Below, piece after piece: positions 32,203-46,852 of a DNA stretch of 64,000 bases. The notes under the pieces are model-generated. The model was not told the DNA's origin. It made no database searches and was given only the letters and a program-made list of their open reading frames with translations. Both the position numbers and the translations under genes were made by a program. The first letter of the stretch is position 1, and every line of letters begins with the position of its first letter. Origin of the DNA: Octopus vulgaris (taxonomy: Eukaryota); assembly GCA_951406725.2 (NCBI GenBank), contig OX597821.1, forward strand, positions 14,384,001 through 14,448,000, given 5' to 3'.

Positions 32203-32443
32203 ATGTGTGCGTGTGTTTGTGTGTCTGTGTTTGTCACCCCTAGCATTGCTTGACAACCGATGCTGATGTGTTTACGTCCCTGTCAACTTAGCGGTTCCGT
32301 AAAAGAGACCGATAGAATAAGTACTGTAATTTACAAAGAATAAGTCCCGGGGTCGATTTGCTCGACTAAAGGCGGTGCTCCAGCATGGCTGCAGTCAAAT
32401 CAAGCCAACTGAAGCCCTCAGACAAGTAAAAGAGTAAAAGAGT
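31954..32443 (+). mobile_element. SINE family A with a short internal duplication
   Basis: Family consensus; CGACCAATGCCTTGTG..GAAACT occurs twice. Confidence 0.85.
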
Positions 32444-33256
32444 ATATACTAGTAATCTGACATAGATACTTATAACTTTATTAACCTAGAACCTAAGCCC
32501 TTGCTAAAACATTCAGCATAGATAGAACTGAATGCCTAGATAAGAGCAAATAAATCGTCGATTCCATTACGGAATTAACCAAAAAATTCATGCAGACAAA
32601 TTAATTTGGCGAAGATGTAATAACACTGTATAAGGTCTGTGGAATGAAAATCTGAATCCAGACACAACAACCATCTTTCTACCTCCAGACATCCTGAGAA
32701 GAGACACGCAACAATTCTCTTGGCATTAATCTGGAGCCTTAAGGGTAAGAGCATCAACAACAGCAAATGGAAGATTCTTTCTAAGATCAAACCTTATATT
32801 AACAGGTAAAAATGATGTTCCATATGCTGGCTTGAAACAATGTATTCTTTAAAAAAACTTAAGAACCTCCAGGGACTGTATAAATACCAAAAGCGAGATT
32901 CTTTCTTCATGCCCACATTTTAAAAATACATCTTAGCAGGAGTTAAGGATAAACCACCAGTCACCCCATAATACATTTCAGTGTTGGTTTACATAATTTT
33001 TGATGTGCATTAAACACTAGTTTTATTTCCTGTGCAGTTAAGCATCTCCTCTTGATTGCTCTTTGTCTTTTTCTAAATGAACTTGCTTATTCAAATCTTG
33101 ATTACATGAAATACAGTTACTATATTGTCTTCTTTGTTTTTACCAACATTATAAAGGGATTAATATTTTAGCCTGAGGAGCTAAATTCACAAAACTCCTT
33201 GTGGTTTTTAATAATAATACTAATATCTATCTATCTGTCTGTCTGTCTGTCTTTCT

Positions 33257-33763
33257 ACATTATTTACATTCAATAGATATTTGTCCTCATCTTGTTTGTT
33301 AACATAACATTTCGGCTGATATACCCTACAGCCTTCTTCAGATGTCTTGGGGAAATTTCGAAACTGGGTTCTCATTCCTAGGGTATTTTTCGATGTTATT
33401 ATTATTATTCAGGTCAGTGCCTGGAATCAAACTCGGAATCTTGGGGTTAGTAGCCCATGCTCTTAAACACTACACCATATGCCTGTGGCCACGGGCATAT
33501 GGTGTAGTGGTTAAGTGTGCGGGCTACTAACCCCAAGATTCCGAGTTTGATTCCAGGCACTGACCTGAATAATAATAATAACATCGAAAAATACCTTAGG
33601 AATGAGAACCCAGTTTCGAAATTTCCCCAAGACACCTGATGAAGGCTGGAGAGTATATAAGCCAAAATGTTGCATTTACAACAAACAAGATGAGGGCAAA
33701 TATCCGTCAAATGTAAATAATGTAAATAATGTACTTAATTCCTCATCTCTTAAATATAGAACT
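33257..33763. mobile_element. Head-to-head palindromic element: tRNA-like head, hammerhead and ~40-nt tail
   Basis: Arms 33257-33488 and 33489-33723 are inverted about GGCC. A box TGGTGTAGTGG and B-box-like GAGTTTGATTCC. HHR cores at ~33300-33348 (-) and 33631-33675 (+, GAAA mutated). Confidence 0.75.
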
Positions 33764-35479
33764 GTATCTATCTTTCTATCTATCTATCTGTGTGTGTGTG
33801 TGTATATTTATCATCATCATCATTATCATCATCATCATCATCATCATCATCACTCAATGTCAGCTTTCCCTGCTGGCCTGGGTTGGATGGTTTGACAGGA
33901 GCTGGCAAGCCAAAGAGCTGCACCAGGTTCCAATTGGCTATTTTGACAAGGTCTGTGACTGGATGCCCTTCCTAACACCAACCACTAAACAAAGCACCCA
34001 TAAGTCAGAAACAAAAGATAAAAGCCCAATATAGCAGGTGTATTTTTATATCATCAAGCATTGTATTATGCGTTGTGGCATAAAACTGTTGCCTTCAGTA
34101 TTTTAGGATTACCTTCAGAATGCTACATTCAGTTTCGTACTAAGTAATACCTATTTCTTTACTATAAACAAGGGGCTAAACACAGAGAGGACAAACAAGG
34201 ACAGACAAACGGATTAAGTCGATTATATCGACCCCAGTGCGTAACTAGTACTTATTTAATCGACCCCGAAAGGATGAAAGGCAAAGTCGACCTCGGCGGA
34301 ATTAGAACTCAGAACGTAGCGGCAGACGGAATACCGCTAAACATTTCGCCCACAAGGGCACAAAACCAATTGTAACATTCTGACTTTTAATACGACAAAA
34401 TTAATAATATTGCAGGACTATATAAATATAAATGTGTGTGTGTGTGTGCGTGTGTGTGTTTGTGTGTGTAATTAAATTTTCTTGATCGATTATTGACAGT
34501 TTCCGTAAGAGTACATTGCTGCAGTAGATTCTATGCTGATTTTGCCACGTGTTCTCTTCTAAATTCCTGTATTGTTTGTTGCTTACTCATTGTGTAAATC
34601 TCAACTTCCATTATGAAGCCAGGTAGAAGTGCAAAACCAAAGAACAATGTAAAAAAAACAAAAAAAAACACACAAAGGAAGATGGTTGAACATAACAAAA
34701 ACTCCAGGCTCATCTCTAATTCATGAATGTAACAGTATGGGCCTAATTTACAAATTAGGCATCAGATTTACATGTTAAACGAAGACATATGATGAATGAA
34801 AGGGTTGCTATAGTTTGCATCTATAGTTATTGTACATTGGGATATGTGAGCAATGCTCTTGGATATAATTTCCATCTCAGCTCAACTTAAGAACACAGAT
34901 GTCATAACGATTTTGGTATCAAGGTAAGTCATTGTGTACTAGTCTATTAATTAAGGAAAATGCCTCTAATTCCCAATATTAGCTCCAAAGCATATTACAA
35001 AGCCCAGTCAATTAAATGTTAGGTTTCCACAAATGAAGCAAGTTTACATAATCCAGATAAAGTTATCATAATGAAGAGATAGTGTGATAGCTTGAGCCAT
35101 AAATGTTGAGAGATAGGAAAATGAAAAGAAAAATGGAAGATAGGTGGGAGCAAAACAATATTAGATAAAGAAAATCTAGACCTTAGGTACATTTGGCAAG
35201 GAGGGAAGTGTAAAGTTAGGAGGTTTGTCAAAGTTCTGCAACATGTGGATCAGAAGAGCAAGGTATATTGGATTGCAGAACTGGCAAGATTGTTAGCATG
35301 CAATCCAAGATGTTTAGCAGCATTATATCTGTCTTTGCATTCCTAATTCAAATTCTACCAAGATGAATTTTGTCTTTTATCCTTTCAAGGTCAATGAACA
35401 CTGTGGGTCGATGTAATTGACTAACCCCCTCCTCTCAAAATTTCAGGACTTGTGCCTGTATTAGAAGGGGTTATAAGTC

Positions 35480-37590
35480 ATTGGTGAGAAGTGTTTATAA
35501 AATAATAGTGGCAGACCTGTTCTCACTGCCTCAGGCAAAAACGAAATATCAAAATATTATTGAAAGGGCTGCCAAACAAGGAGAGAACATGGAAGTTAGA
35601 AGGACTACCTTTACTAAACAAATCAGAGATCTGACTATTGAAATTGATAACTACATGGTAAAAAAAGCCATTAAAGATAAATGAGTCAGGAAAACAGCTG
35701 AATATCTAAGAATAGTGGTTATGATGCTGAACATATACTCAGAACTAGGATACACAATAATTATTCCCATTTTCTGTTAGGTTTGTGCAGGAAATGGTCA
35801 TTCCCAATGACTAGTACTCTTTACTCTCTTTTATTCTTTTACTTGTTTCAGTCATTTGACTGCGGCCATGCTGGAGCACCGCCTTTAATCGAGCAACTCG
35901 ACCCTGGGACTTATTCTTTTGTAAGCCCAGCACTTATTCTATCGGTCTCTTTTGCTGAACCACTAAGAGACGGGGACGTAAACACACCAGCATCGGTTGT
36001 CAAGCAATGCTAGGGGGACAAACACAGACACACAAACACACACACGCATATATATATATATACATATATACGAAGGGCTTCTTTCAGATTCCGTCTACCA
36101 AATCCACTCACAAGGCTTTGGTCGGCCCGAGGCTATAGTAGAAGACACTTGCCCAAGGTGCCACGCAGTGGGACTGAACCCGGGACCATGTGGTTGGTAA
36201 ACAAGCTACTTACCACACAGCCACTCCTGCGCCTAGTGTAGAAGTATCATTCTCAACTTCTACAGAAACAAATGTGGTACTCTAGCATAAGTAAATATCT
36301 CATCAAAACGATTGACCAATTCATGGAAGTAATAGAGAGAGAGTTATAGTACAACTAACAAGGAAGAAAATGGACATAAATGTGATACAGATCGTGTTTA
36401 TGCCAGAGCAGAGAACTATTGATGTTGAGACACCTTCAGAAGCTTTTAATAAAAACTAAGCTGATATAGCTAGCATTCATTGACTGCAAGTCATGTTCTG
36501 TTGGTTGGCAGTCACTAAGAAAATTAAGTGTGGATGAATGGTTGTAAGATCTATGCAAGCTCTGTATAGGAGTTCAGTCACCAAGGTAAGTGCCAGCAGC
36601 AAGTTTAGCAAAGAACTTTGTGTGAAGGTAGGTGACCATCAGGGTTTGGTCTACAGTTTTCTCTAGTTCATTAAAGTTCTACTGGTTATGGATGTGATTA
36701 AAACATTGTCCTGCCAAATTATGCATGTCAATGATCTAGTTCCATAGTTGAATCCATTAAAGAATTAGAGAAGAAATTATAAATGTAGAAGTAAAGCCAA
36801 GAACCAAAACGGCTCAAAGTAAACTGGGCACAAAAGGAAAAAAAGAACCTATTTCCTTCTAAGAAGTGATCAAGAAGAAAAAAACATAAAACATGTACAG
36901 TTTGCCCAATTTAAACTATGGGATGCAATGTAATCAGAAAAAAGACTAACAGGGGAAAAAACTTGGTAAAATGAATTCTTTTAAATGCTCTCAGTGTTAC
37001 CTAGAAGTAGATATTTTCTTCTATGTAGTTAATGCTAATCAGATAAGTAATAGATATAGGTATTCTGAAAACCTTGTGACCATAGTAAGATGGCATAGAA
37101 AAATTCTGGAGGATATTAATTTTCTGGTGACAACAAAGTGATTCTCTGTATGAGCGAAAAGAAAATTGAAGTTTATGATGCTTGTGTATGTGTGATTTTT
37201 GCATTGTAGTAAAGAGTAAGGAGCAATGGATCTGTAAAGGCTAAAGACAAAAGAGGCAAACATGCTTCAGTATATATGTAATGAGAGCATGCAAGAATGA
37301 AGTAGAAAATATCAGCTGAGAGAAAAGCTGTGTATAAGAAGAGATGTAGTGGAGACTGAAATACAGAGAAGACAGAGCTGTTAGGACATATGATGCAAAT
37401 GGACGATATCAGTTTAGTAAAGAGAAAGAGGAGCTATGCAATCCAAAGAGAAGGGGTCTGCAGAACTGGAAAGTCATGGAAAGGAGTTGTGAACCTCACA
37501 AAAGAAAATGTAGAAGAACGGCCACAGATGGGGAGACCACTGTGCTCGAAAAGACCTGGCAGAACCATGCAAGGCAGGATAATTGGATCT
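35480..37590 (+). mobile_element. Decayed RTE-like LINE interrupted by a SINE
   Basis: Resembles 27500-29170 (e.g. AGGTAGGTGACCATCAGGG RT-region remnant; purine-rich C-terminal remnant). Confidence 0.5.
35815..36233 (-). mobile_element. SINE family A
   Basis: Full family consensus. Confidence 0.9.
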
Positions 37591-37596
37591 GACAAG

Positions 37597-37597
37597 G

Positions 37598-37629
<32 letters not shown>

Positions 37630-37799
37630 TGTATGTATGTATGTATGTATGTATGTGTGTGTATGTGTGTATGTATGTATGTATGTATGTATGTATGTAT
37701 GTATGTATGTATGTGTGTGTGTGTATGTATGTGTGTGTGTATGTATGTATGTATGTATGTATGTATGTATGTATGTATGTGTGTGTGTGTATGTATGTA

Positions 37800-37830
<31 letters not shown>

Positions 37831-37878
37831 ATGTATGTATGTTAGTATGCATGTCTGTATATATATTTATATGTGTGC

Positions 37879-37934
<56 letters not shown>

Positions 37935-37940
37935 GTATAC
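37597..37940. repeat. (TATG)n/(TG)n/(TA)n simple repeat
   Basis: Direct reading. Confidence 0.95.
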
Positions 37941-39214
37941 ACACACTAGTGTATATATGCTTACATGGATCTCTTATTTACACACACACACACACACACA
38001 CATATGCAATATTTGTATGCAGCAAGATAGATAGTTAAATAAATAAATATCTGTGACTGCTATGTTAGCAGTGATAATTTTTGATGCTATGGTATGCAAA
38101 ACTAGTTAAATTCAACTGACACCCAGTTTATTCTGTAGAAATTCATAACATGTTCACATGTGCGACCAGGCACGAGGTGAAACTCGAGTAAATTATCACT
38201 TTTTGATAGAGGAAGCATCATATTTTTTACCCTCCCCTCCAAGTACTGAGTCTGTATCAGATAATATTCACACCTTATGTAACATATACCATCATTCTCA
38301 TCATACTTATCATGTAACATATTGGTATGGATATATATATATATATTTATATATATATATATGTATGTATGAATGTATATATATATATATATATACATAT
38401 ATTTGTGTGTGTGTGTGTGTGAGCATGCATGTAAATGGTTACATACTTGCTGTACTGCGTATTTGTGAGCAGATATTAGTGGGCCATAAATAGAAGATGA
38501 CCTAGTGTAGTATGATGTAATATGATGACAAATGCACTAAATTTTAATTAACATCATTCCTCTGTCTGATGTGTATCTACAGTATAAAAAAATTGGAAAG
38601 GTATGCCATACACATGGTATGAGCTACCAACCATAACAACCCAAAGATTGGCATCAGTTTTAATTTGACAAAGTTCTTCGTGCTCAGGGTTGGAAAAACT
38701 TTATGCCTAAGGCAGGGAGGTATCACCAATAGTCAAGTAGTAGTCAATTTTCAGTGGTCACAAGTTGTCGCTATGACCAAGCTTGTTCTGTAGGTCCAGG
38801 ATAGCAACAGTTAATATGTGGATCAATGATGGCCATCACAGAGCAGTTCAAGGTGGCCAAGTACATAATTAGACATGTAGTACATGTGGATATCATTTAT
38901 AAGTTCTGTGTGGCAAAGTAAATGTTGTCCATAAATAAGTACTCAGAGAAATGTATGAACTTTTCTGATTTGAATCCTCATCGAATTGCTGCTTCAGAAA
39001 TATGTTCAACAAGGATGACTAGCACCACCATGATACCAAGACCTCACTGAGAGGATGCCATTGTCAGTTTAGGAGATAGCAAGGGAAAAGCCACATGATT
39101 CTGGCATGTAGTCACTCTCATTCCTGAAAAAGTGCTGTCTCTGGGACTACAGAAGATTTTGTTGAAGGGGTTGTTTGTTGTATTGAGCTGTCATGTGTGT
39201 CAGCCTGGAGTTGC

Positions 39215-39441
39215 TTACTCTTTACTCTTTACTCTTTACTCTTTTACTTGTTTCAGTCATTTGACTGCAGCCATGCTGGAGCACCGCCTTTTTAGTCGGG
39301 CAAATCGACCCCAGGACTTATTCTTTGGAAGCCTAGTACTTATTCTATCGGTCTCTTTTGCCGAACCGCTAAGTTACGGGGACATAAACACACCAGCATC
39401 AGTTGTCATGCGATGTTGGGTGGACAAACACAGACACACAA

Positions 39442-39489
<48 letters not shown>

Positions 39490-39634
39490 GACAGGCTTCT
39501 TTCAGTTTCTGTCTACCAAATCCATTCTCAAGGCATTGGTCGGCCCGAGGCTATAGTAGAAGACACTTGCCCATGGTGCCACGCAGTGGGACTGAACCCG
39601 GAACCATGTGGTTGGTAAGCAAGCTACTTACCAC
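39215..39634 (-). mobile_element. SINE family A
   Basis: Near-full family consensus. Confidence 0.88.
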
Positions 39635-39686
39635 GTCATATTTTAGCAACATTTTTCCTCGTCTTTTGTTTTGTTCTAAGTTGCTA

Positions 39687-39727
<41 letters not shown>

Positions 39728-40194
39728 CACACATGCGCACACACATGCACACACCATATAATATGTATGTATGTATGTCATTATTCAATTTTATTTCAAG
39801 ATTTCCTGCTAATAAAGAGCCAGTTTCTAGCCTAGATCCAAGGCTCCGTCACTGGAATTTCAACAACATGAATAGGGTATTTAGCAGGGTCATATATTCC
39901 AGGTGTGCTAGGTGTGTACTGCACACCCATCAAAAATGGTTAATTCATTAATTTAATCACAAATCTTAATGGAAAACTTGTGTCATACACCTGCTTGAAA
40001 TTCGGTGGCATTGGGTGTGGCCGCACAACCAGTAAAACAATCACTATAACCATCATATGCCACTGGTATTTTGTATGTATGTATTACGTATGCATGCATT
40101 TATATATGTATGAATGTATATATGAAGATTGGTATATTTTGTTTCATGTATGTATTCTCATGCATATAGTTGCATGTCGAGACATGCTCATATA

Positions 40195-40400
40195 TAATTA
40201 AATGATAAACTTCTGAAAAGTTTTACAGATTTTTACAGTTCCAGTGATAGCTTAGATCTTTAGTCTTTGAATCAGCTTTCTCCTTTCTGGTTTTGAGAAG
40301 CTTAATTTCTCAAGATTGGTATTTAGGCAGTGTGTTACATATCCCAGTGCCCCAATAATTACAGGTGTAAACCTGAACTTGCAATCTGGATAGAATAATC
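40195..40400 (-). mobile_element. 3' end of a restriction-like-endonuclease LINE (R4/Dong-like)
   Basis: Translation FTPVIIGALGYV...RKLIQRL..AITGTVKICKTF resembles an RLE C-terminus. Adjacent to TA/CA microsatellite. Confidence 0.55.
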
Positions 40401-40994
40401 GTATATATGTATGTATGTATTTAAGTATTATTTTGCTATTAATGATATTGATTTCAAATTTTGGCACAAAGCTAGCAAGTTCAGGGGAGGGTTTAAATTG
40501 ATTACATTGACCCCAGTACTCAACTGGTACTTATTCTATCAACCTTGAAAGGATGAAAGGCAAAGGCAAAGTTTACTTTGGTGGTATTTGAACTTGGAAT
40601 GTAAAGGTGGAAAAAAATACTGTTATGCATTTTGCCTGGTATGCTTAACGATTCTACTAGCTTTCCACCTTTTTGCTATTATCAATATTAATAATAGTGA
40701 TGGCTTATGCAAAGTTCAGATGATAATGGCTTCTGAAATCAGTGTAAACAGTCAGTATTTATGAGAATTAATAATAAAAATTATTAATAATAAATACAAT
40801 AATGACTCCCAATCAATACTACTTTCAGTGCGTATTTTCTGTACAAACACAAACACACAAACATATATATATATATTCAACTTATGCAGCAGAAGCATCT
40901 CTTGAATAAAATCTTTATCTATATGACATACTTAACGATACATCATCATCATCATCATTTAGTGTCCGTTGTATAAATAAATCTATATGTACAT

Positions 40995-41379
40995 AGGCGT
41001 AGGAGTGGCTGTGTGGTAAGTAGCTTGCTAACCAACCACATGGTTCTGGGTTCAGTCCCACTGTGTGGCATCTCCGGCAAGTGTCTTCTGCTATAGCCCT
41101 GGGCCAACCAATGCCTTGTGAGTGGATTTGGTAGACGGAAACTGAAAGAAGCCTGTCGTATATATGTATATATGTGTGTATGCATTTGTATGTCTGTGTT
41201 TGTCTCCCTAGCATTGCTTGACAGCCGATGCTGGTGCGTTTATGTCCCCGTCACCTAGCGGTTTGGCAAAAGAGACAGATAGAATAAGTACTGGGCTTAC
41301 AAAGAATAAGTCCCGGGGTCATTATGCTCGACTAAAGGCGGTGCTCCAGCATGGCCACAGTCAAATGACTGAAACAAGT

Positions 41380-41383
<4 letters not shown>
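40995..41383 (+). mobile_element. SINE family A; a further 3' half lies at 41785-41946
   Basis: Family consensus. Confidence 0.88.
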
Positions 41384-41434
<51 letters not shown>

Positions 41435-41956
41435 TCTTTACTCTTAACTCTTTTACTCTTTTACTTATAAAAGCACCAAACTGTGTTACTATTGCTGTAT
41501 ATTTGAATTTTAAAATGTCCATTTTCATTGGTTGTGACATTTATGAGTTTTTCCCATCCGCGTAACAAATAAATGAGTGACTATCTATTCAAAAGTATGT
41601 ATAGATTTGTTGTGAAAGGTTTAACATACACACGTTTGCCAGTTGTTACTTGAAATTTAGGTATGCTTGTGCCTGTGTATATGTCAGTTTGTACAATTGA
41701 GATGTATAGTTGTGTGTCAGTTGAAATGGTGAAATGGCAGTGTTTATGTACCACTTTATTAAAAAGTGGGGAAAAGTTACGACTCCGTAACTTAGCGGTT
41801 CGGCAAAAGAGACTGATAGAATAAGTACTAAGCTTACAAAGACCAAGTCCTGGAGTCGATTTGCTCGACTAAAGGCAGTGCTCCAGCATGGCCACAGTCA
41901 AATGACTGAAACAAGTAAAAGAGTAAAAGAATTAAGAGTAAAGAGTATATATATAT

Positions 41957-41996
<40 letters not shown>

Positions 41997-42158
41997 CTTT
42001 ATGCTTGTATGTATGTGTCTGTTTACTTCCTTGTCTTGACATTGAGTGACAGGAAGGGTATATAACCATAGAAAATTTGCTCCAACAAATTCTGTCTGAC
42101 CCATGCAACAATGGAAAAGTGAATTCTAAAACAAAGCTACTGATGATGATGATATGCT

Positions 42159-42245
<87 letters not shown>

Positions 42246-44144
42246 TTTTCTATCAATATATAAATATATATATATATTTGAATATTCATACACACACTCA
42301 CACATTCATACAAACTGATGTCTGGTGTTTGTTGTACAGAAATTGAAGGAGACAGTTGTTTGTAATTGTGGCTTCTAGAAGGTTTCTGGTAATGGTTGCT
42401 GTTATAATATTAGAGGGATTGTATAAGTTCATTGTTCATATAGTAAGCTACAAAATTCTTGCATTCTCTTGGCTTCTTGTAATTCAGACTGTCTTGTTGT
42501 CCCATACATATCAATATATATACAGACATACATACAAGCATACACAAAGATATATTTCAAAGTTAACTTATATCTTTCATCATATTTATCCAGAAAACAT
42601 CAACGCTGTTTGGTGAATCATTGGGATGTTTTTGGATGTCTGAAATCTGATGAACCAAATCATCGAAGATTTCTTATGATTCTAGAATTATCTTTGCTCT
42701 TTTCTACATTAAAGTTGTAAATAAAATTTGAAATGTAAAATAGCAAACTCTGTCTCCAGTACATTAAGTCCCTTCTCTTTTTGTAATAATTATCTTTCTT
42801 TTATCTTTTATCGTTTACTTGCTTCAGTCACTGGACTGTGGCCATGCTGGGGCACTGCCTTGAATTGCTTTAGTCAAATGAATTAACTCCAGTTCTTATT
42901 TTTAAAACCTGGTACTTATTCTATTGGTCTCTTTTGGGGATGTAAACAAACCAACACTGGTTATCAAGTGATGGCAGACAAACAGATGCAAAGACTTACA
43001 CACACACACACATACACACACAGACAAACAAACACATACATATATGAGCAACAGGTTACCTTTAGTTTCTGTCTACCAAAGGATTTGGTTGGCCTACGGC
43101 TATAGCAGATTGCCTTAGGTGCCATGCAGTGGATCTGAATCTAGAACCATGAGGTTGGAAAGCAAACTTCTTATCACACAGTCATGCCTGTGCCTTTTCC
43201 TTTCTAATTTTTTACTTTTGAATGTGTGGAGTGTATTGAATTATTCTGTTGAAACTTTACTGTTTTTATTGACCTTTATTGATTATTTAAACTCTTCCAG
43301 AATGAAATATAATTTTTACACTTTTACATTGTAGTTGCCTCTCTTTATACAATATCTATTATATAAAATTCGTCCTGTCTGTCTGTGAGTGTGTCTTCTA
43401 GGATCTTGGGCATCCTCTATCCGACTGAGCTCAAATATTATATGTAGATACCAACAGTATCAGGGCATGTATAAGTCTTGAAAAAATTACAAAAATCAAT
43501 TCCAGGTGAGAATGTGATCGATAAAGTGAATAAAATCATTTTTCTTTGGAATAGAAAAAAGTCTATCTTTATTTCTTTTTTTGCTGGTGTCTCAAATTTA
43601 GGTTAAATCAGTGTTTCTCAAAGGGGAGGCCTATGGAACGGTCAAACAAGTTGTTTTGAGAAAATTTGGTTTAAATGTTTGACAACTCAGCACCGTCCAT
43701 TGGACGGGGGCGTGTTTTGCTCGTAACTACTAAAATCATATCTTTTATTTCTTATTTGTCTCAGTCTTTGGACTGTGGCCATGCTGGAACACCGCCTTGA
43801 AGGTTTTAGTCAAACAAACTGATCCTAGTAATTATTTTTAAGTCTAATGCTTATTCTGTTGGTTGCTAAGTGGTGATGGGGGTGGGGTACAAACACAAAA
43901 ACACACTCATATAAATGCATTTCTCTCTCATATATTGTTGTTTCTGGGGAGAGTCATTCTCTTTTAGTGCCTTCTTATTTAACACACTCACCAGTAAAAT
44001 TTCCATTCATATATTTCTTTATTTTTCCTGAATTTTTTGCAAACTTTTCAGTAGTCTTTTCAGACACAACAAAATATGCTTCAACACATGAACACACATA
44101 AAGAATCTTGCAAACCAAAATCCAAAAATAAAGTGTGTGTATAT

Positions 44145-44362
44145 TACTCTTTTTACTCTTTTACTTGTTTCAGTCATTTGACTGCGGCCATGCTGGAGCA
44201 CCGCCTTTAATCGAGGAACTCGACCCTGGGACTTATTCTTTTGTAAGCCCAGTACTTATCCTATCGGTCTCTTTTGCCGAACCGCTAAGTGACGGGGACA
44301 TGAACACACCAGCATCGGTTGTCAAGCAATGCTAGAGGGACAAACACAGACACACAAACACA

Positions 44363-44414
<52 letters not shown>

Positions 44415-45175
44415 CATATATATATATATGTTGTGGCATGCTGCTGGGAGTTGTGGCATGCTCTTATAATCCAGCTACTTGGATGTTTGTTTGATTGGCT
44501 GGTTTGAGGATGGGAATCCTGGTAGTCGGTCTTCTATGGTGATTGGATGTCCATGCTAAGCTTGGCCATGGTACCAGAGAGGGAGATCATCAGGACCCAG
44601 TTGCCTAAGGAGGGTCGCTTTGGCCCAGGGGCAGAAACACAGCAGGCAAAAGACACTGTGTTGAGCAGTAGTGAGATCTCACCTGTGAATAGTCATTGGA
44701 TGGCAGCCTGTTCAATACAACTGAACATCAATCTAATTAAAATAGGCGCAGGAGTGGCTGTGTAGTAAGGAGCTTGCTTCCCAACCACTTGGTTCCATGT
44801 TCAGCCAATGTGTGGAACCTTGGGCTAGTTTCTTTTACTATAGCCTCAGGCTGAGCAAAGCCCTGTGAGTGGATCTGGTAGATGGAAACTGAAAGAAGCC
44901 TGTCATATATATATATATATATATATATATATTGATTTCAAATTTTTGCACATATATATGTATGTATGTATGTATTTGTTTGTCCGTGTTTGTCCCCATC
45001 ATAGCTTGCCAACCAATGCTGGTGTGTTTACATTCTTGTAACTTAGCAGTTCAGCAAAAGAAACTGAAAGAATAAGTACTAGGCTTACAAAAAATAAGTC
45101 CTGGGGTTGATTTATTCGACTAAAGGTGGTGCTCCAGAATGGCAGTAGCTAAATGACTGAAACAAGTAAAAGAGT
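44145..45175. mobile_element. Two SINE A copies: a 3' half (-, 44145-44360) and a full copy (+, 44744-45175)
   Basis: Family consensus. Older copies lie at 13155-13452, 16318-16540, 17870-18035, 42810-43193 and 49320-49600. Confidence 0.8.
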
Positions 45176-46566
45176 GTGTGTGTGTATATATATATATATA
45201 TGTAAAATCAAGGACAAGGGAACAAGAAATTATGTAATGAACTTCATTAGCTAATAGCTGTTTCTGCTATACAATGAAATGCACTCATGGTTTGTTTCTG
45301 GTGGTTTTCTCAGACATGCTTTTAGTTATACAGCAAACACTCTCACCAGCCACACTGAAGAAACTAAATTATTACAGGCCGTCAATAGGTGTGATGATAA
45401 CTCAAAACTACAGAAACACCTGAATGCAATATACAAGTGAATTGAAGAAATAGTTCTGCTTTCAGCTCACAGACAATATGCAATCCAAATACACACAAAA
45501 TCAGAGGGCATCGCAATACTGGAATCACAGTTGGTGTATGATCTGAGAATCTATATAAATTATGATGTATCTTTATGTATGTATATTGCTAAGATGAAAA
45601 CAACATGAAGGTGAGGGGCTGATTGAATTCTGAGACCATTCAGAGCAAGGAAAGAGGAAATCATGTTGGTCCCATGGAAAACATTTGTTTTCTGTTGCTT
45701 GAGAAACTGCTCCCAATTATGGTTATCATATAATGTGTAAAACAGATGATCTTGAAGCAATCTGATGCTGTCACACCAAAAAAGACTGCCTCAGTGCAAC
45801 AGATGGACACCAAGGAGATGTTAAAAGAACTGATGCACTTTTCCTTAGAATGAAGACATGCAAGATGTGTGTGTGTGTGCATGTGTAATTGCAACTTGAC
45901 AACGCTTTGCGTATGCCAGCAAATTTATTTTTTGCTGCTTATATATAAAACAACAGTTCTTAGTGGGCTGTAAATGATGGATTCAGTGTGTGTAGCTGAT
46001 AGCATGTTACGACACAGAAACATTTACTCTATAAGTCCAATGATGTCATTCATATCCCAGCTTGATGTGTTTTTATGAACATTGTGGAAATGAAAAATTC
46101 CCTTCCAAAGCATTTACTGTTCCAGAATGGAATTCTCCTTATAGACAATATATATACATATATATATATGTGTGTACAATGTGCCACACAGTGTGAATTA
46201 GAGGGACTGAAGTCTAGTTAAATATTCAAAAACCTAACTGTGAGAGGGAATTATAAAAATCATAAATTATAAAAAAATTATTAAAATCTTTGCTTCCAAT
46301 GTTAAGTAATATCTGAACATTTTCAACTCCATGATTCTCAATGTGACAAAACTTCACAAATCTTTCAACTGTACCATTAAAAAGAAAAATAACCACGTCA
46401 AAGTCACATTAGACATATCTGATGCAGAATCTGATGAAACAGAATAATAATTATATTTCTTATCAAAGATACTGTCATATAGTGTGTTGGATTCAAACAG
46501 AATGAGGAATTTTCTATGTCTTATATAGGTATAGTTGTGCTTTCCATATTTGTTTATATAAACATG

Positions 46567-46670
<104 letters not shown>

Positions 46671-46852
46671 AATATATATATATATTTATAGATAAAAACG
46701 GTAAGATAAACAAAAGAAAGAAAGAGACCTCAATATTATGTAAATAGAGAAAATTTATCTATAAAATAATAGTCAAGATAAAACTCTGAGTTTTATCTTG
46801 ACTATTGAGTAATTGTAACATATTATTTTATATATATATGTATATATATATA

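Noticed and set aside
43354-43735. Possible third Helitron (TCTATTATATAAAA...GTCTGTCTG start)
   Set aside because: I found no matching hairpin-CTAG 3' end, so support is insufficient.
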